Origin: an uncultured Candidatus Bathyarchaeia archaeon
GTDB lineage: Archaea > Thermoproteota > Bathyarchaeia > 40CM-2-53-6 > RBG-13-38-9
Reading direction: 5' to 3'
Assembly (NCBI GenBank): GCA_964598945.1
Contig: CAZRDQ010000002.1
Coordinates: 1 to 54,517 of the forward strand
Length of the DNA stretch: 54,517 bases
The notes beneath the pieces are model-generated. The model worked only from the letters and a program-made list of their open reading frames with translations, did no database searches and had not been told where the DNA came from. A program made the translations under genes and the position numbers. Within the stretch, counting starts at the first letter, position 1; each line of letters opens with the position of its first letter. This document shows positions 17,001 to 25,990 of this stretch, piece after piece.

Positions 17001-18326
17001 TCATGGAGTGAGTCTTTGTGGATCTCTTGGGAAGAGGACTACCTCACGAATGTTCTCAACACCTGTAATAACCATTATCAGCCTGTCGAAGCCCAGACCC
17101 CACCCTGCATGGGGAGGCATACCATAATCGAACATCTTCAGGTGAAACTCAAAATTCTTCGGGTCCAGCCCTTGCTCCTTGATCCTTCTGGTAAGCTCTT
17201 TCCTGCTGCTTATCCTTGAGCCGCCTGAAGCAAGCTCAACAGCGCCACACATGAAGTCGAACGATTCACAGATCTCTGGGTTGCTCTTCTTCGGTCTTAT
17301 GTAGAAGGCTTTGGAGGCCGTCGGCCAGTCGATTATGAAGTGGTAATCTGAAAAAAGCTTGGCGTAGGTCCTAAGGACGGGTGTCGATAGGTCCTCACCC
17401 CACTCAACCTTCACTCCTTCCTTCTCAAGGACCTTGAGAACCTCATCGTAGGTGATCCTCTTGAGCGGTAGCTTCGGTGGCTCAAGCTTGACCTGAAGAG
17501 TTGACAGCTCATCTTTGCACTTGGAGTTCAGTGACTCAATCACATGGAAGATTGTTCTCTCAAGGAGCTCCATGACATCCTCGTATGTCACGTAGGCCTG
17601 CTCAACATCCACAGAGGTCGCTTCACTGATGTGCTTGAGTGTTCTGAACTGCTCAGCCCTGAAGATCGACCCTATCTCGAAGACCTTCTCGAAGACGCTT
17701 GACAGCTGCTCCTTGAACAGCTGTGGACTCTGAGCCAAGAAGGCCTCCTTATCATAGTACAGGAGAGGGAAGAGTGCAGACCCTCCCTCAGTCGCTGAGG
17801 CTATTATCTTCGGCGTGTTGACCTCGATGAATCCCTCGCCGTGTATGAACTCCCTAGTAGCATTCAGAGCGATACTTCTGATCCTGAAGATCGCTTGGGA
17901 CTGAGGCCGTAGGAGATCTATAACGCGAAGATCAAGCCGCTTGTCTATGCTCTGTTCAACCCTCCCATAAGGATCAAACGGGAGCTTCTTCTGAGGCTCA
18001 TCTAGAATCTTGAACTCAGAAGGAATGACTTCAGCTCCGTGTGGCGCTTTCGCTATGCTCTTGACTGAGCCCCTTATTCCAATCAGGCTGTACTGCTTCA
18101 GCCCCTTCGCCTTCTCCAGCACAGCCAAGGGAGATCTGTCTTTGTGGACAGTCGCCTGAACTATTCCCTTCATGTCCTGAATTATCAGGAAGGTGATGCC
18201 GCCCTGCTCACGTAGGCTCGCGACCCTGCCAAAGATAGTGACGTGCTTTCCTTCCAGTTCTGGAGTTACATCAGTAGAGTAACACGTCCTTCTCCATTCG
18301 CCTAGTTCTTCCCTGGCTTCAGGCAA
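17001..18326 (-). CDS. aspS: aspartate--tRNA ligase, archaeal type (probably non-discriminating)
   Basis: 441 aa with a TTG start. N-terminal OB fold, class II motif 2 FRAEQ and motif 3 GWGLGFDRL. Sits directly upstream of gatCAB. Confidence 0.95.
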   Translation of the reverse strand: MPEAREELGEWRRTCYSTDVTPELEGKHVTIFGRVASLREQGGITFLIIQDMKGIVQATVHKDRSPLAVLEKAKGLKQYSLIGIRGSVKSIAKAPHGAEVIPSEFKILDEPQKKLPFDPYGRVEQSIDKRLDLRVIDLLRPQSQAIFRIRSIALNATREFIHGEGFIEVNTPKIIASATEGGSALFPLLYYDKEAFLAQSPQLFKEQLSSVFEKVFEIGSIFRAEQFRTLKHISEATSVDVEQAYVTYEDVMELLERTIFHVIESLNSKCKDELSTLQVKLEPPKLPLKRITYDEVLKVLEKEGVKVEWGEDLSTPVLRTYAKLFSDYHFIIDWPTASKAFYIRPKKSNPEICESFDFMCGAVELASGGSRISSRKELTRRIKEQGLDPKNFEFHLKMFDYGMPPHAGWGLGFDRLIMVITGVENIREVVLFPRDPQRLTP

Positions 18327-18534
18327 ACTCGATTCCCCTTGCCCCAGATATTCAAGCCTCTTTTATTACTTTTAGTCTCTCGGATGACCATGGAGCTTGA
18401 TGTGGACTCTCAAAGCCATGATCTATTCTCTGCTTTCATTTCTCAAAGCATTTATTACTGCAGGTGCCTGAAGGGAAGATTCTGTCAACTCCGGGCAAAC
18501 CTACCACTTTCGCGCAGTCTGAAAAGAACCAGAT

Positions 18535-19218
18535 GTGAATAGAGTGAAGGCCCCATCCTACCTCGTGAGACTGTCAAATGTCTCGAAGAAGTATGGGAAT
18601 AGATTCGGCCTAAGAGATGTCAGCTTCGCAGTTGAGGACCATGAAGTCTTTGGACTCATGGGGCCGAATGGAGCGGGAAAGTCGACTCTGATCAGGATAC
18701 TGGCAACCCTGACCAAGCCCACAAATGGAGAAGCCACGATCGCTGGGTACAATGTCACCAAGCAGCTGCACCCGGTCAAGCGATTGATAGGTGTCTGTCT
18801 TCACCAGAGCCTGCTGTACGACGAGCTGACAGGCATGGAGAATCTCTCTTTCTATATACGCCTCTACGGCTGCAGAGACAAAGAGACGGCAAAGCAGTTG
18901 ATAGTCAATGCGGCATCTCTATTCGGCATAGAAGACAGGCTCGAAGATCCCGTTGGAACATTATCGAGCGGACTGAGAAAAAGGCTTGATATTATCAGAG
19001 CAACAATCCACAGCCCAAGACTCTTGCTGCTGGACGAGCCCCTCGCTGGGCTTGACCTTCAGGGCCTCGAGTATTTCAAGAAATTCCTCAAGGATGCTAG
19101 GAAGAAGTCAGCAATCATATTCTCCACGCACAGCCTGGACGTCGCAGAAGAGATCTCGCACAGGATCTGCACTCTGAAGGAGGGCCAGCTCGCAGAGCTT
19201 CGTTATGCGAAGAGATAG
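18535..19218 (+). CDS. ccmA: heme exporter ABC ATPase CcmA
   Basis: Walker A GPNGAGKST, signature LSSGLRKRL, Walker B LLLLDEP. Position is upstream of ccmB and ccmC. Confidence 0.85.
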   Translation: MNRVKAPSYLVRLSNVSKKYGNRFGLRDVSFAVEDHEVFGLMGPNGAGKSTLIRILATLTKPTNGEATIAGYNVTKQLHPVKRLIGVCLHQSLLYDELTGMENLSFYIRLYGCRDKETAKQLIVNAASLFGIEDRLEDPVGTLSSGLRKRLDIIRATIHSPRLLLLDEPLAGLDLQGLEYFKKFLKDARKKSAIIFSTHSLDVAEEISHRICTLKEGQLAELRYAKR

Positions 19219-19937
19219 TGGAGAGCGCAATGAATCAATCTGCTGATTTCAGGAACATCGCTGACTTTCTGGCAGATGTGTGGGAGATTCTCCTTAAGGA
19301 TCTCCGCCTCGAGCTGAGGAAGAAGTATGAGATCTACTCGATCATCATCTTTGCCTTGCTCTCAAATCTCTCATTCGCGTTTGCCCTTGGACCTTCAAAC
19401 CCTAACGTTCTCAAATTCATACCGGCGGTTCTCTGGATGTCCATTCTATTCATTGGCATGCTTGGCTTCACAACGGTCTTCATAAGGGAGATGGACAAAG
19501 GATCGCTTGACGGACTGAGGCTGGCACCGATATCACCTCAGGCCATCCTGATCGGAAAGACACTGTATACATTTATTCTCATGAGTGTCGGCGCGGTCTT
19601 CATCGTTCCCTCAAGCATGATCATTCTGAACTATATCTTCAATTCAGACGTTTTGCTCGTGGTCATGGTTCTGATTCTGGGCATCTTCAATTTGGCTATC
19701 GTGGGCGCTATCGTCTCAGCACTAGCCATGTATTCAGAGTCGAGAGCGCTCATTATTCCTGCTGTCTCCCTTCCTCTAATTCCTGGGACGCTGATCCCAT
19801 CTGTCCTTGCGACAGGCAAACTCGCCACAGGCGCTAGCTTAGAGATGATCCTTCCGGAGATCCAGCTCAATCTAGGATTTCTCTTGTTGATGAGTGCAGT
19901 CCTGTGGGTAACGTTTGAATATGTGCTGTACGACTGA
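19218..19937 (+). CDS. ccmB: heme exporter membrane protein CcmB
   Basis: 239-aa polytopic membrane protein. Its GTG start overlaps the ccmA TAG by 1 nt. Call rests mainly on position between ccmA and ccmC. Confidence 0.75.
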   Translation: MESAMNQSADFRNIADFLADVWEILLKDLRLELRKKYEIYSIIIFALLSNLSFAFALGPSNPNVLKFIPAVLWMSILFIGMLGFTTVFIREMDKGSLDGLRLAPISPQAILIGKTLYTFILMSVGAVFIVPSSMIILNYIFNSDVLLVVMVLILGIFNLAIVGAIVSALAMYSESRALIIPAVSLPLIPGTLIPSVLATGKLATGASLEMILPEIQLNLGFLLLMSAVLWVTFEYVLYD

Positions 19938-19946
19938 TGAGAAGCC

Positions 19947-20615
19947 ATGAAGGGCCAATATTCTTCAGCGATCATACTTGCAGCAAATGTTCTTGCCCTT
20001 TACATGATCTTCATCTGGGCTCCGCCTGAGAGGTCTCTCGGTGACTCTTACAGGGTCTTCTTCTTACACACATCCTCAGCCTGGGTCTCCTATCTTGCCT
20101 TCGCGATCACATTCATCAGCAGCATCCTCTACCTCAGGACCGGAAACCTGAGATGGGATCTTTACGCCGCGTCTTCATCAGTACTTGGCATTCTCTTCAG
20201 TATGATTACATTGATCACAGGCTCAATATGGGCCAAGCTGGCTTGGGGACTGTACTGGAACTGGGATCCACGAGAGACAGCTACCTTGATACTCTTCCTA
20301 GCTTATTTCGGCTACATCAGCTTCAGGATGGCGATAAGTGATAGAGATCGTCGAGCCAGAATCTCAGCAGTCTTGGGCATACTGGCTTTCATCAGCATTC
20401 CATTGAGTTACTTCTCCGCAGTCTTCTGGGCCACACTCCACCCGATGCCTCTGTTGCCAACTGCTAGGCTTCGGCTGGGTGTTGAGCCACCTATTCTTCT
20501 GACCTTGGCAGTCTCGACACTGGGGGCAACGTTATTATTCGCCTGGATGTTCTACCTGACGCTTAGCACATACAGGCTCATTGATAATGTTGAAGACAGT
20601 GTTGGCAGAGGATAA
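19947..20615 (+). CDS. ccmC: heme lyase/exporter protein CcmC
   Basis: 222 aa. Carries the Trp-rich WWD motif WGLYWNWDPRETA. Confidence 0.9.
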   Translation: MKGQYSSAIILAANVLALYMIFIWAPPERSLGDSYRVFFLHTSSAWVSYLAFAITFISSILYLRTGNLRWDLYAASSSVLGILFSMITLITGSIWAKLAWGLYWNWDPRETATLILFLAYFGYISFRMAISDRDRRARISAVLGILAFISIPLSYFSAVFWATLHPMPLLPTARLRLGVEPPILLTLAVSTLGATLLFAWMFYLTLSTYRLIDNVEDSVGRG

Positions 20616-20618
20616 GAG

Positions 20619-20744
20619 TTGGATTCTCTAGAGTTGCTACTTGCAGTCTCCTTGGTCTTCTGGGGCTTGATATTCCTCTATCTGCTCTGGCTTCACTCAA
20701 AGATTAGGAAACTATCAATGACGATTGACAGACTGAAGAAGTGA
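20619..20744 (+). CDS. ccmD: CcmD-like small single-TM protein (not in the ORF track, below its size cutoff)
   Basis: Own translation from the TTG at 20619: MDSLELLLAVSLVFWGLIFLYLLWLHSKIRKLSMTIDRLKK, then TGA at 20742-20744. One TM helix followed by a basic tail. Position between ccmC and ccmE matches CcmD. Confidence 0.5.
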   Translation: MDSLELLLAVSLVFWGLIFLYLLWLHSKIRKLSMTIDRLKK

Positions 20745-20762
20745 TACTGGATAGACGTCAAG

Positions 20763-21131
20763 TTGAGGCTCTACAAGATACTGATTCTGGCAGCTGTCCT
20801 TGTTGTGGCCGGATATCTGATCTTCCAAGCATCGACCTCTGTGATGAATCCCTATCTATCAGTCTCTGAGGTTAAGCAGCACCCCGACAGATACGTCGGC
20901 AAGGATATTCAGCTGATCGGTAACGTCACAGGACTCTTCAACAAAGATTCTGAAGATTTGAGCTTCACTCTCACAGATGATTCAGCCTCTCTTCAGGTGT
21001 CATATCGCGGACCGATTCCGCAGAACTTCATGGAAGGAATCCGCATCGTGGTTATAGGCAGGGTAAATCCGGATGGCTCTTTTGTCGCAGAGCAGATACT
21101 CACAAAATGCCCATCGAAATATGCGACCTGA
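20763..21131 (+). CDS. ccmE: heme chaperone CcmE, Cys-variant (CxxxY)
   Basis: 122 aa. N-terminal TM helix, an OB-like body, and a C-terminus ILTKCPSKYAT in place of the canonical H-x3-Y heme-binding motif. Confidence 0.85.
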   Translation: MRLYKILILAAVLVVAGYLIFQASTSVMNPYLSVSEVKQHPDRYVGKDIQLIGNVTGLFNKDSEDLSFTLTDDSASLQVSYRGPIPQNFMEGIRIVVIGRVNPDGSFVAEQILTKCPSKYAT

Positions 21132-21192
21132 CTGCACTTACTTGCGCCCATGTTTTCATGCAACTTAGCAGCACGGATGTGAGTGTTGTCCG

Positions 21193-22515
21193 ATGAAGAT
21201 CACCCTCGTACATCCTGCAAGCGACCCTCTCTGCCACGAAGCGATGTTTGGATTGAGGGCCCCGCCTCTCGGACTAGCCTACATTGCAGCTTACCTTGAG
21301 GAAAGAGGCTACAAACCTAGTATCATAGACGCGTCAGCTCAACGAATGTCTTCAGAGGATCTTGAATTCAAGCTCAAGACTACAAATCCAGATCTGGTCG
21401 GGATCTACTGCTCTATCACAAGAGTGAAACAGAGTCTTGATGTGGCTAGGATCGCTAAATCCCTAGGAGCAACAGTGGTTCTTGGGGGCCCTCACGCCAC
21501 TTTCGACCTCAAGACGCTGATCAATAATGAGAATGTTGACGTGATCGTGCGCGGTGAAGGGGAGGATGTCTTCACCAAACTGGCTGAGTCGATCGAGTTT
21601 GGTCGCAGCTTAGGAGGCCTAAATGGAGTGGCCTACAAGGAAGGCGGAACAGTAAGGATCAACCCGGAAGCCTCACTGATACCCAACCTAGATACTTTGC
21701 CCTTTCCAGCTTTTGGTCTTCTTCCGATGGAGTACTACAGGATATGTGACAGCATTCCGATCTGTACACTCTCCTCAAGCAGAGGTTGCTCTCGAAAGTG
21801 CAGGTACTGCATAGTGCCAGAGATGTATCAGGGCAGATGGCGCGGCAAGACGCCGGGCAGGGTTGTCGATGAGATGGAGCACATATCCTCAACCTACAAG
21901 CCTGCTCTCCTTCTCTTCTTCGACGAGTTCTTCACAGAGGATCTTAAGAGAGTGGAAGCAATTGCAGGTGAGATCAACAGCAGGGATTTGGATATCAAGT
22001 GGGCTTGCATGAGCACCGGCACAGACATCTCTAAAGAGCTGATGATCAAGATGCACAAGGCCGGTTGCCTAGCTCTCTTCTTCGGGGTCGAATGCGGAGT
22101 CATCACCTCAACACCCAACCCTGCAGGAGGCGGATACGGGGATATCGTCAGGAGAGCTTTCTCTAATGCTCATGAAGCAGGGATATTCCCGATAGCGAAC
22201 GTGGTCTTCGGCTTCCCCGGAGAGACACGGACCGACTACGAGAATCTTGTTCAGTGGATCATCAACTTGGATCCTGATCACTCACTGTTTTTCAAGGCTG
22301 TTCCATACAGTGACTTTGAGGATGACGAGCTCACCCGCATGGAGGTCTTGGCCTACAAGAGATTCTACGGCAGAAGAAGTTACGTACTAAAGCACATTGC
22401 CAGATCGGTCATGAGGGCAGCTAAACAGCGACAGTTCTCACTTGACTTCGTCACGAAATACTCCAAGTGGTTCATGAAGACAATAACTAAAGTGAATGAA
22501 CTGGGAAACACGTGA
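21193..22515 (+). CDS. B12-binding-domain radical SAM protein (class B)
   Basis: 440 aa. N-terminal cobalamin-binding-like domain (LGLAYIAAYLEERGYKPSIIDA, GGPHAT), then SSSRGCSRKCRYCIVP (CX3CX2C). Confidence 0.85.
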   Translation: MKITLVHPASDPLCHEAMFGLRAPPLGLAYIAAYLEERGYKPSIIDASAQRMSSEDLEFKLKTTNPDLVGIYCSITRVKQSLDVARIAKSLGATVVLGGPHATFDLKTLINNENVDVIVRGEGEDVFTKLAESIEFGRSLGGLNGVAYKEGGTVRINPEASLIPNLDTLPFPAFGLLPMEYYRICDSIPICTLSSSRGCSRKCRYCIVPEMYQGRWRGKTPGRVVDEMEHISSTYKPALLLFFDEFFTEDLKRVEAIAGEINSRDLDIKWACMSTGTDISKELMIKMHKAGCLALFFGVECGVITSTPNPAGGGYGDIVRRAFSNAHEAGIFPIANVVFGFPGETRTDYENLVQWIINLDPDHSLFFKAVPYSDFEDDELTRMEVLAYKRFYGRRSYVLKHIARSVMRAAKQRQFSLDFVTKYSKWFMKTITKVNELGNT

Positions 22516-22547
22516 TCTTGGGTTAGTTATTAATAGGCCGTCCCGGC

Positions 22548-23462
22548 TTGCCCATTGGTACAAGGTTGGTATTCTTGAGAAGTCTATCAATGCTTGAGAT
22601 GACCAGACCTGCACTGAACTTCATGGGAACCACCATGGCCGGAAGCGGTGCGGCGTTAGCTCTCATGAGAACGTCAAGCCAGGAACCTCCGTGGCTGCAT
22701 ATAGCTCTGGGCGTCATTACAGTATTCGCATCTGTTGGGGCGATGCACACCCTCAATGACTACGTCGATAGAATTCGAGACAAAACTATCTGGCCCAGCA
22801 GACCACTTCCTTCAGGACGAGTACGACCGCGCGAAGCTCTAGCCTTAGCCACGGTATCTCTCGGTCTGGGCTTGTCGATAGCGCTGACAGCCTTCAACCA
22901 AACATGCTTCGTAATCATGCTGATAACCGCGGCTCTAGGGTTGGTCTATACTAGGTATTTGCGGAACAGAATCGGCTATCTCAGTCTGCCACCGATAGTA
23001 GGGCTTATCCCCGTTGGAGGGTATGCTGCATTCGCTCCCGGAACGGTTCTCAGTGATCCCGTTATCTGGCTGATCTATCTGACAACTGTATTCTGGCAAT
23101 CGGGCCACATACTTGTCTACAGTCCCGCACACGGATTGACAGCTGATGGCGGTGTCACTAGGACAGCTGTTCCAGCGTTTGTTAAACGCCTCACCCCGGG
23201 CGGTACGGCTAAGCTAGCCTTTGTATTCTTTGTTGCTCTGCTGGGAGTCAATACTTACTTTTCTTTGTCCACGCCAATGAGTTTTGTCTACCTCACCATA
23301 ACAAGCGCTTTTGGACTCTTTACTGTTATATCGAGTCTACGACTGGCGAAAGAGACGTCGGAATCGAACTCAGTGAAGGCGTTCAAGGTTGCATCAACGT
23401 ACGCCATTATACTATTCTTGGCGATAACGCTTGAACTTCTCATTCGACTGTATGTCCTGTGA
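22548..23462 (+). CDS. UbiA-family aromatic/polyprenyl prenyltransferase
   Basis: Polytopic membrane protein with LEMTRPALN and the Asp-rich motif NDYVDRIRDK. An alternative start is the ATG at 22590. Confidence 0.8.
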   Translation: MPIGTRLVFLRSLSMLEMTRPALNFMGTTMAGSGAALALMRTSSQEPPWLHIALGVITVFASVGAMHTLNDYVDRIRDKTIWPSRPLPSGRVRPREALALATVSLGLGLSIALTAFNQTCFVIMLITAALGLVYTRYLRNRIGYLSLPPIVGLIPVGGYAAFAPGTVLSDPVIWLIYLTTVFWQSGHILVYSPAHGLTADGGVTRTAVPAFVKRLTPGGTAKLAFVFFVALLGVNTYFSLSTPMSFVYLTITSAFGLFTVISSLRLAKETSESNSVKAFKVASTYAIILFLAITLELLIRLYVL

Positions 23463-23529
23463 CTCTGACCTAGGTGATTTTTCATCTGCCGATGTACAAA
23501 CAATAATTCGAAGAATAATACTTCGTCCG

Positions 23530-23554
23530 GTAATGATCTCACGGCGATCATTAC
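23530..23554. terminator. perfect 9-bp stem-loop in a convergent intergenic spacer
   Basis: GTAATGATC (23530-23538), loop TCACGGC, then GATCATTAC (23546-23554). Lies between the UbiA stop (23462) and the polyprenyl synthase stop (23580). Confidence 0.4.
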
Positions 23555-23579
23555 GTGCTCCACCTGATTAAGCTGCGAT

Positions 23580-24581
23580 CTAGTACCGTGAGACCAGCTC
23601 GGCTAGGTCTTCAAGGATCTCTTGATTACAGAAATCCATCCCATTGATGGCTTTCTTGGCTTCTTCCTCGAATTTCTCTGAGAGGTTTTGAACATGCTGG
23701 ATCGATGTTGAATTTTGAAGGAGGCCTATGGCGTCTCGTACTCTGTGGCAGTCCCTGTCTGAAGCGATTAAGCTCCGCAAGAAATTTCGCGAGGACTCAT
23801 CGGAGTTGTTGAATGAATGTATCAGAACCAAGTTTGAGCCTTCGCCGAGAAGGCAATTACTGGTTGAAGTAGTGAGCATTGCTTCAACAGCCAAGATCTC
23901 ATGTACATCGTCTCTGAGTTGCAGACTCAAACCCACGGATTCGCCATACTTCGACAGAGCTACTACCTGTTGCTCCGACCCGCCTCCAGTGATTCCTCCG
24001 CACTCCGCCGCCGCCTTGACCAAGGCTCCAGTCTTCTTTCTGGCCATCTTCAGGTAGTTCTCTTCTGTGACTGCCTCGGGATGCTTCTTGAATATCATGT
24101 CCATGTACTCGCCTTCACACATCTGTATGCATGCCCGGGAGATGGTTTCTCGGATCCTGCTTGGTGAGTTGGAAAGTATCTGCATAGCCTTTGAGGTGAG
24201 CAGATCGCCGCTCAGGATGGCTACCTCGCTTCCATACTTTACGTGCACGGTCGGAGACTCGCGTCTCTCCAAGTCCTCATCGATGAGATCATCATGTATC
24301 AGGGAAGCCGTGTGAATAAGCTCTATGGCAACAGCCACGGGCAAGACCTTCAGGATTTCTCCTCGAACTGCTTCGCAGGCTATCAATGACAGCATCGGGC
24401 GGAGTCTCTTGCCACCGGACCTGATCGGATGTGTTGAGGCTTCGTACAGAATTCCAGGTTCAGAGTCAGTGCCTAGGGCTTTGGCCATTTCTTCGTTTAT
24501 GAGTGATAGCTTGGCTCTTAATGGTGGGCTACCTGACAGGTAATTGGTAAGTGGGTTGCTTGATCCTGAGGCTTCCTGCAT
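23580..24581 (-). CDS. trans-polyprenyl diphosphate synthase (GGPP or longer-chain)
   Basis: 333 aa. First Asp-rich motif LIHDDLIDED. Second motif LQLRDDVHEI, a variant in which the last Asp is Glu. Confidence 0.88.
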   Translation of the reverse strand: MQEASGSSNPLTNYLSGSPPLRAKLSLINEEMAKALGTDSEPGILYEASTHPIRSGGKRLRPMLSLIACEAVRGEILKVLPVAVAIELIHTASLIHDDLIDEDLERRESPTVHVKYGSEVAILSGDLLTSKAMQILSNSPSRIRETISRACIQMCEGEYMDMIFKKHPEAVTEENYLKMARKKTGALVKAAAECGGITGGGSEQQVVALSKYGESVGLSLQLRDDVHEILAVEAMLTTSTSNCLLGEGSNLVLIHSFNNSDESSRNFLRSLIASDRDCHRVRDAIGLLQNSTSIQHVQNLSEKFEEEAKKAINGMDFCNQEILEDLAELVSRY

Positions 24582-24645
24582 AGTTCTAACACATTCGGCT
24601 CCCTAGCTTAGGCGTAAGCATGATGGAAGTTAATGGATCAACTCA

Positions 24646-25266
24646 TCAGTTCTTGCGATCAATCCAGACGATGGCGGCTAAGCCGACTGTGGCGAGTGAT
24701 GTCAGAAGCCAGCCTATGATGCTAGTGTCGGGTAGCTTTAGGTTTTCAAGACCTGCAAAGGTGGTTCCTTGCTTCTGGAAGGTCCAGTTGTGGCATTGGG
24801 CGCAGTGATTGACGAAGGGTTTGTGAGTCTTGTGGCATAGGGTGCACTGTATCTCGCCCAGATGGCTCATGTGAGGGTTAGGTTTCACGTTGCTGGTCTT
24901 CTGTGCTAGCTCGCTGTAGGTGCCGTGACATTTGAGGCAGTATTCTTTTGTGAGATTAGCCTCGGGCAGTGGCGTCGGGTAGTTTCCTGTGACGTAGTCT
25001 ATTCCTTCCTTCGTGTACCTCCCCATCTCCATTATCTTAGGCTTTCCAGGTTCAATATGACAGTCAACACAAGTAACACCCTTGACTGCATGCCTGTGAT
25101 CTAAATACTGGCCGGACTTCCATGACTCATAGTAAGGAGTTACAATATGGCACATGCTGCAGAACTCGGCTGTCCCGGTGTACTCCCAACCGATCACCCC
25201 AGCAACGACTATGACTGCTACAAGAACCAAGAAGTACTTCTTGCGAACTAACTGCCCTATCTTCAA
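24646..25266 (-). CDS. membrane-anchored pentaheme c-type cytochrome, NapC/NirT-like
   Basis: 206 aa with a TTG start. N-terminal TM helix followed by TAEFCSMCH, typical of NapC/NirT. Five CxxCH sites: CSMCH, CVDCH, CLKCH, CTLCH, CAQCH. A second hydrophobic helix plus RKN sits at the C-terminus. Confidence 0.85.
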   Translation of the reverse strand: MKIGQLVRKKYFLVLVAVIVVAGVIGWEYTGTAEFCSMCHIVTPYYESWKSGQYLDHRHAVKGVTCVDCHIEPGKPKIMEMGRYTKEGIDYVTGNYPTPLPEANLTKEYCLKCHGTYSELAQKTSNVKPNPHMSHLGEIQCTLCHKTHKPFVNHCAQCHNWTFQKQGTTFAGLENLKLPDTSIIGWLLTSLATVGLAAIVWIDRKN

Positions 25267-25311
25267 TCTAACCCACCGAGGGTTTTTTGTTAAGCAATAC
25301 TCAAAGGGTAT

Positions 25312-25785
25312 TTAAGATGAACTCTTGAGTTCCTCCATTACTAGCTCGATGATCTTAGGAACAGATTCCATCACTCTGTTCGTAAGTTCGATCTTCATAC
25401 TTGTGGTGTCTTCTGGCTCGCAGCCGATGATCACTATGTCTTTTGGTATGCTGCCGAGTCTTCTACCCAAAGCGATCACTCTCTCCAGGTTGATCTCGTG
25501 CATACTCATGTAGATCACTCCCCGGAAGTCTTCATCTGTGACTGGAACCTCGCGCGGCGTTATTCGGTACACTGTGCCAACAGCCCTGCCGAGCTTGACG
25601 GCATCGATGAATATGGCCTTGTCATAACCCGCAGAATAGTGCAGAACATCCATCGCTGAAGTGCCGAGATCCATCACATCAACATCAGATGGCAGACTGA
25701 TCTTGGCGAGTTCCTTAACAACATGCGGTCCGAGACCGTCATCGCACTTTAGGAGACTCCCAACTCCAGCAACCAAGATCTTCAA
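25312..25785 (-). CDS. [NiFe]-hydrogenase maturation endopeptidase (HyaD/HybD family)
   Basis: 157 aa. Sequence MKILVAGVGSLLKCDDGLGPHV matches GxGNxxxxDDGxG. Divergent from the structural genes. Confidence 0.85.
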   Translation of the reverse strand: MKILVAGVGSLLKCDDGLGPHVVKELAKISLPSDVDVMDLGTSAMDVLHYSAGYDKAIFIDAVKLGRAVGTVYRITPREVPVTDEDFRGVIYMSMHEINLERVIALGRRLGSIPKDIVIIGCEPEDTTSMKIELTNRVMESVPKIIELVMEELKSSS

Positions 25786-25990
25786 TTTGGCTTTCCGGCC
25801 TCGAACGACAAGTAAGGCAAACAGTCATTCTGGAAGTCAGATTCTTGCTTATTCTTAATAAGATCATTCCGTGAATCACCAGCCTGTATAAGTGCTGGAT
25901 CGCGATCAACAGATTCTTTGCACCGGCAGGTGCCGCCAACCTTAAAAAGTCCAGACATTATCTCAGAAGCCAAGTTCGGGGATTGAATCC

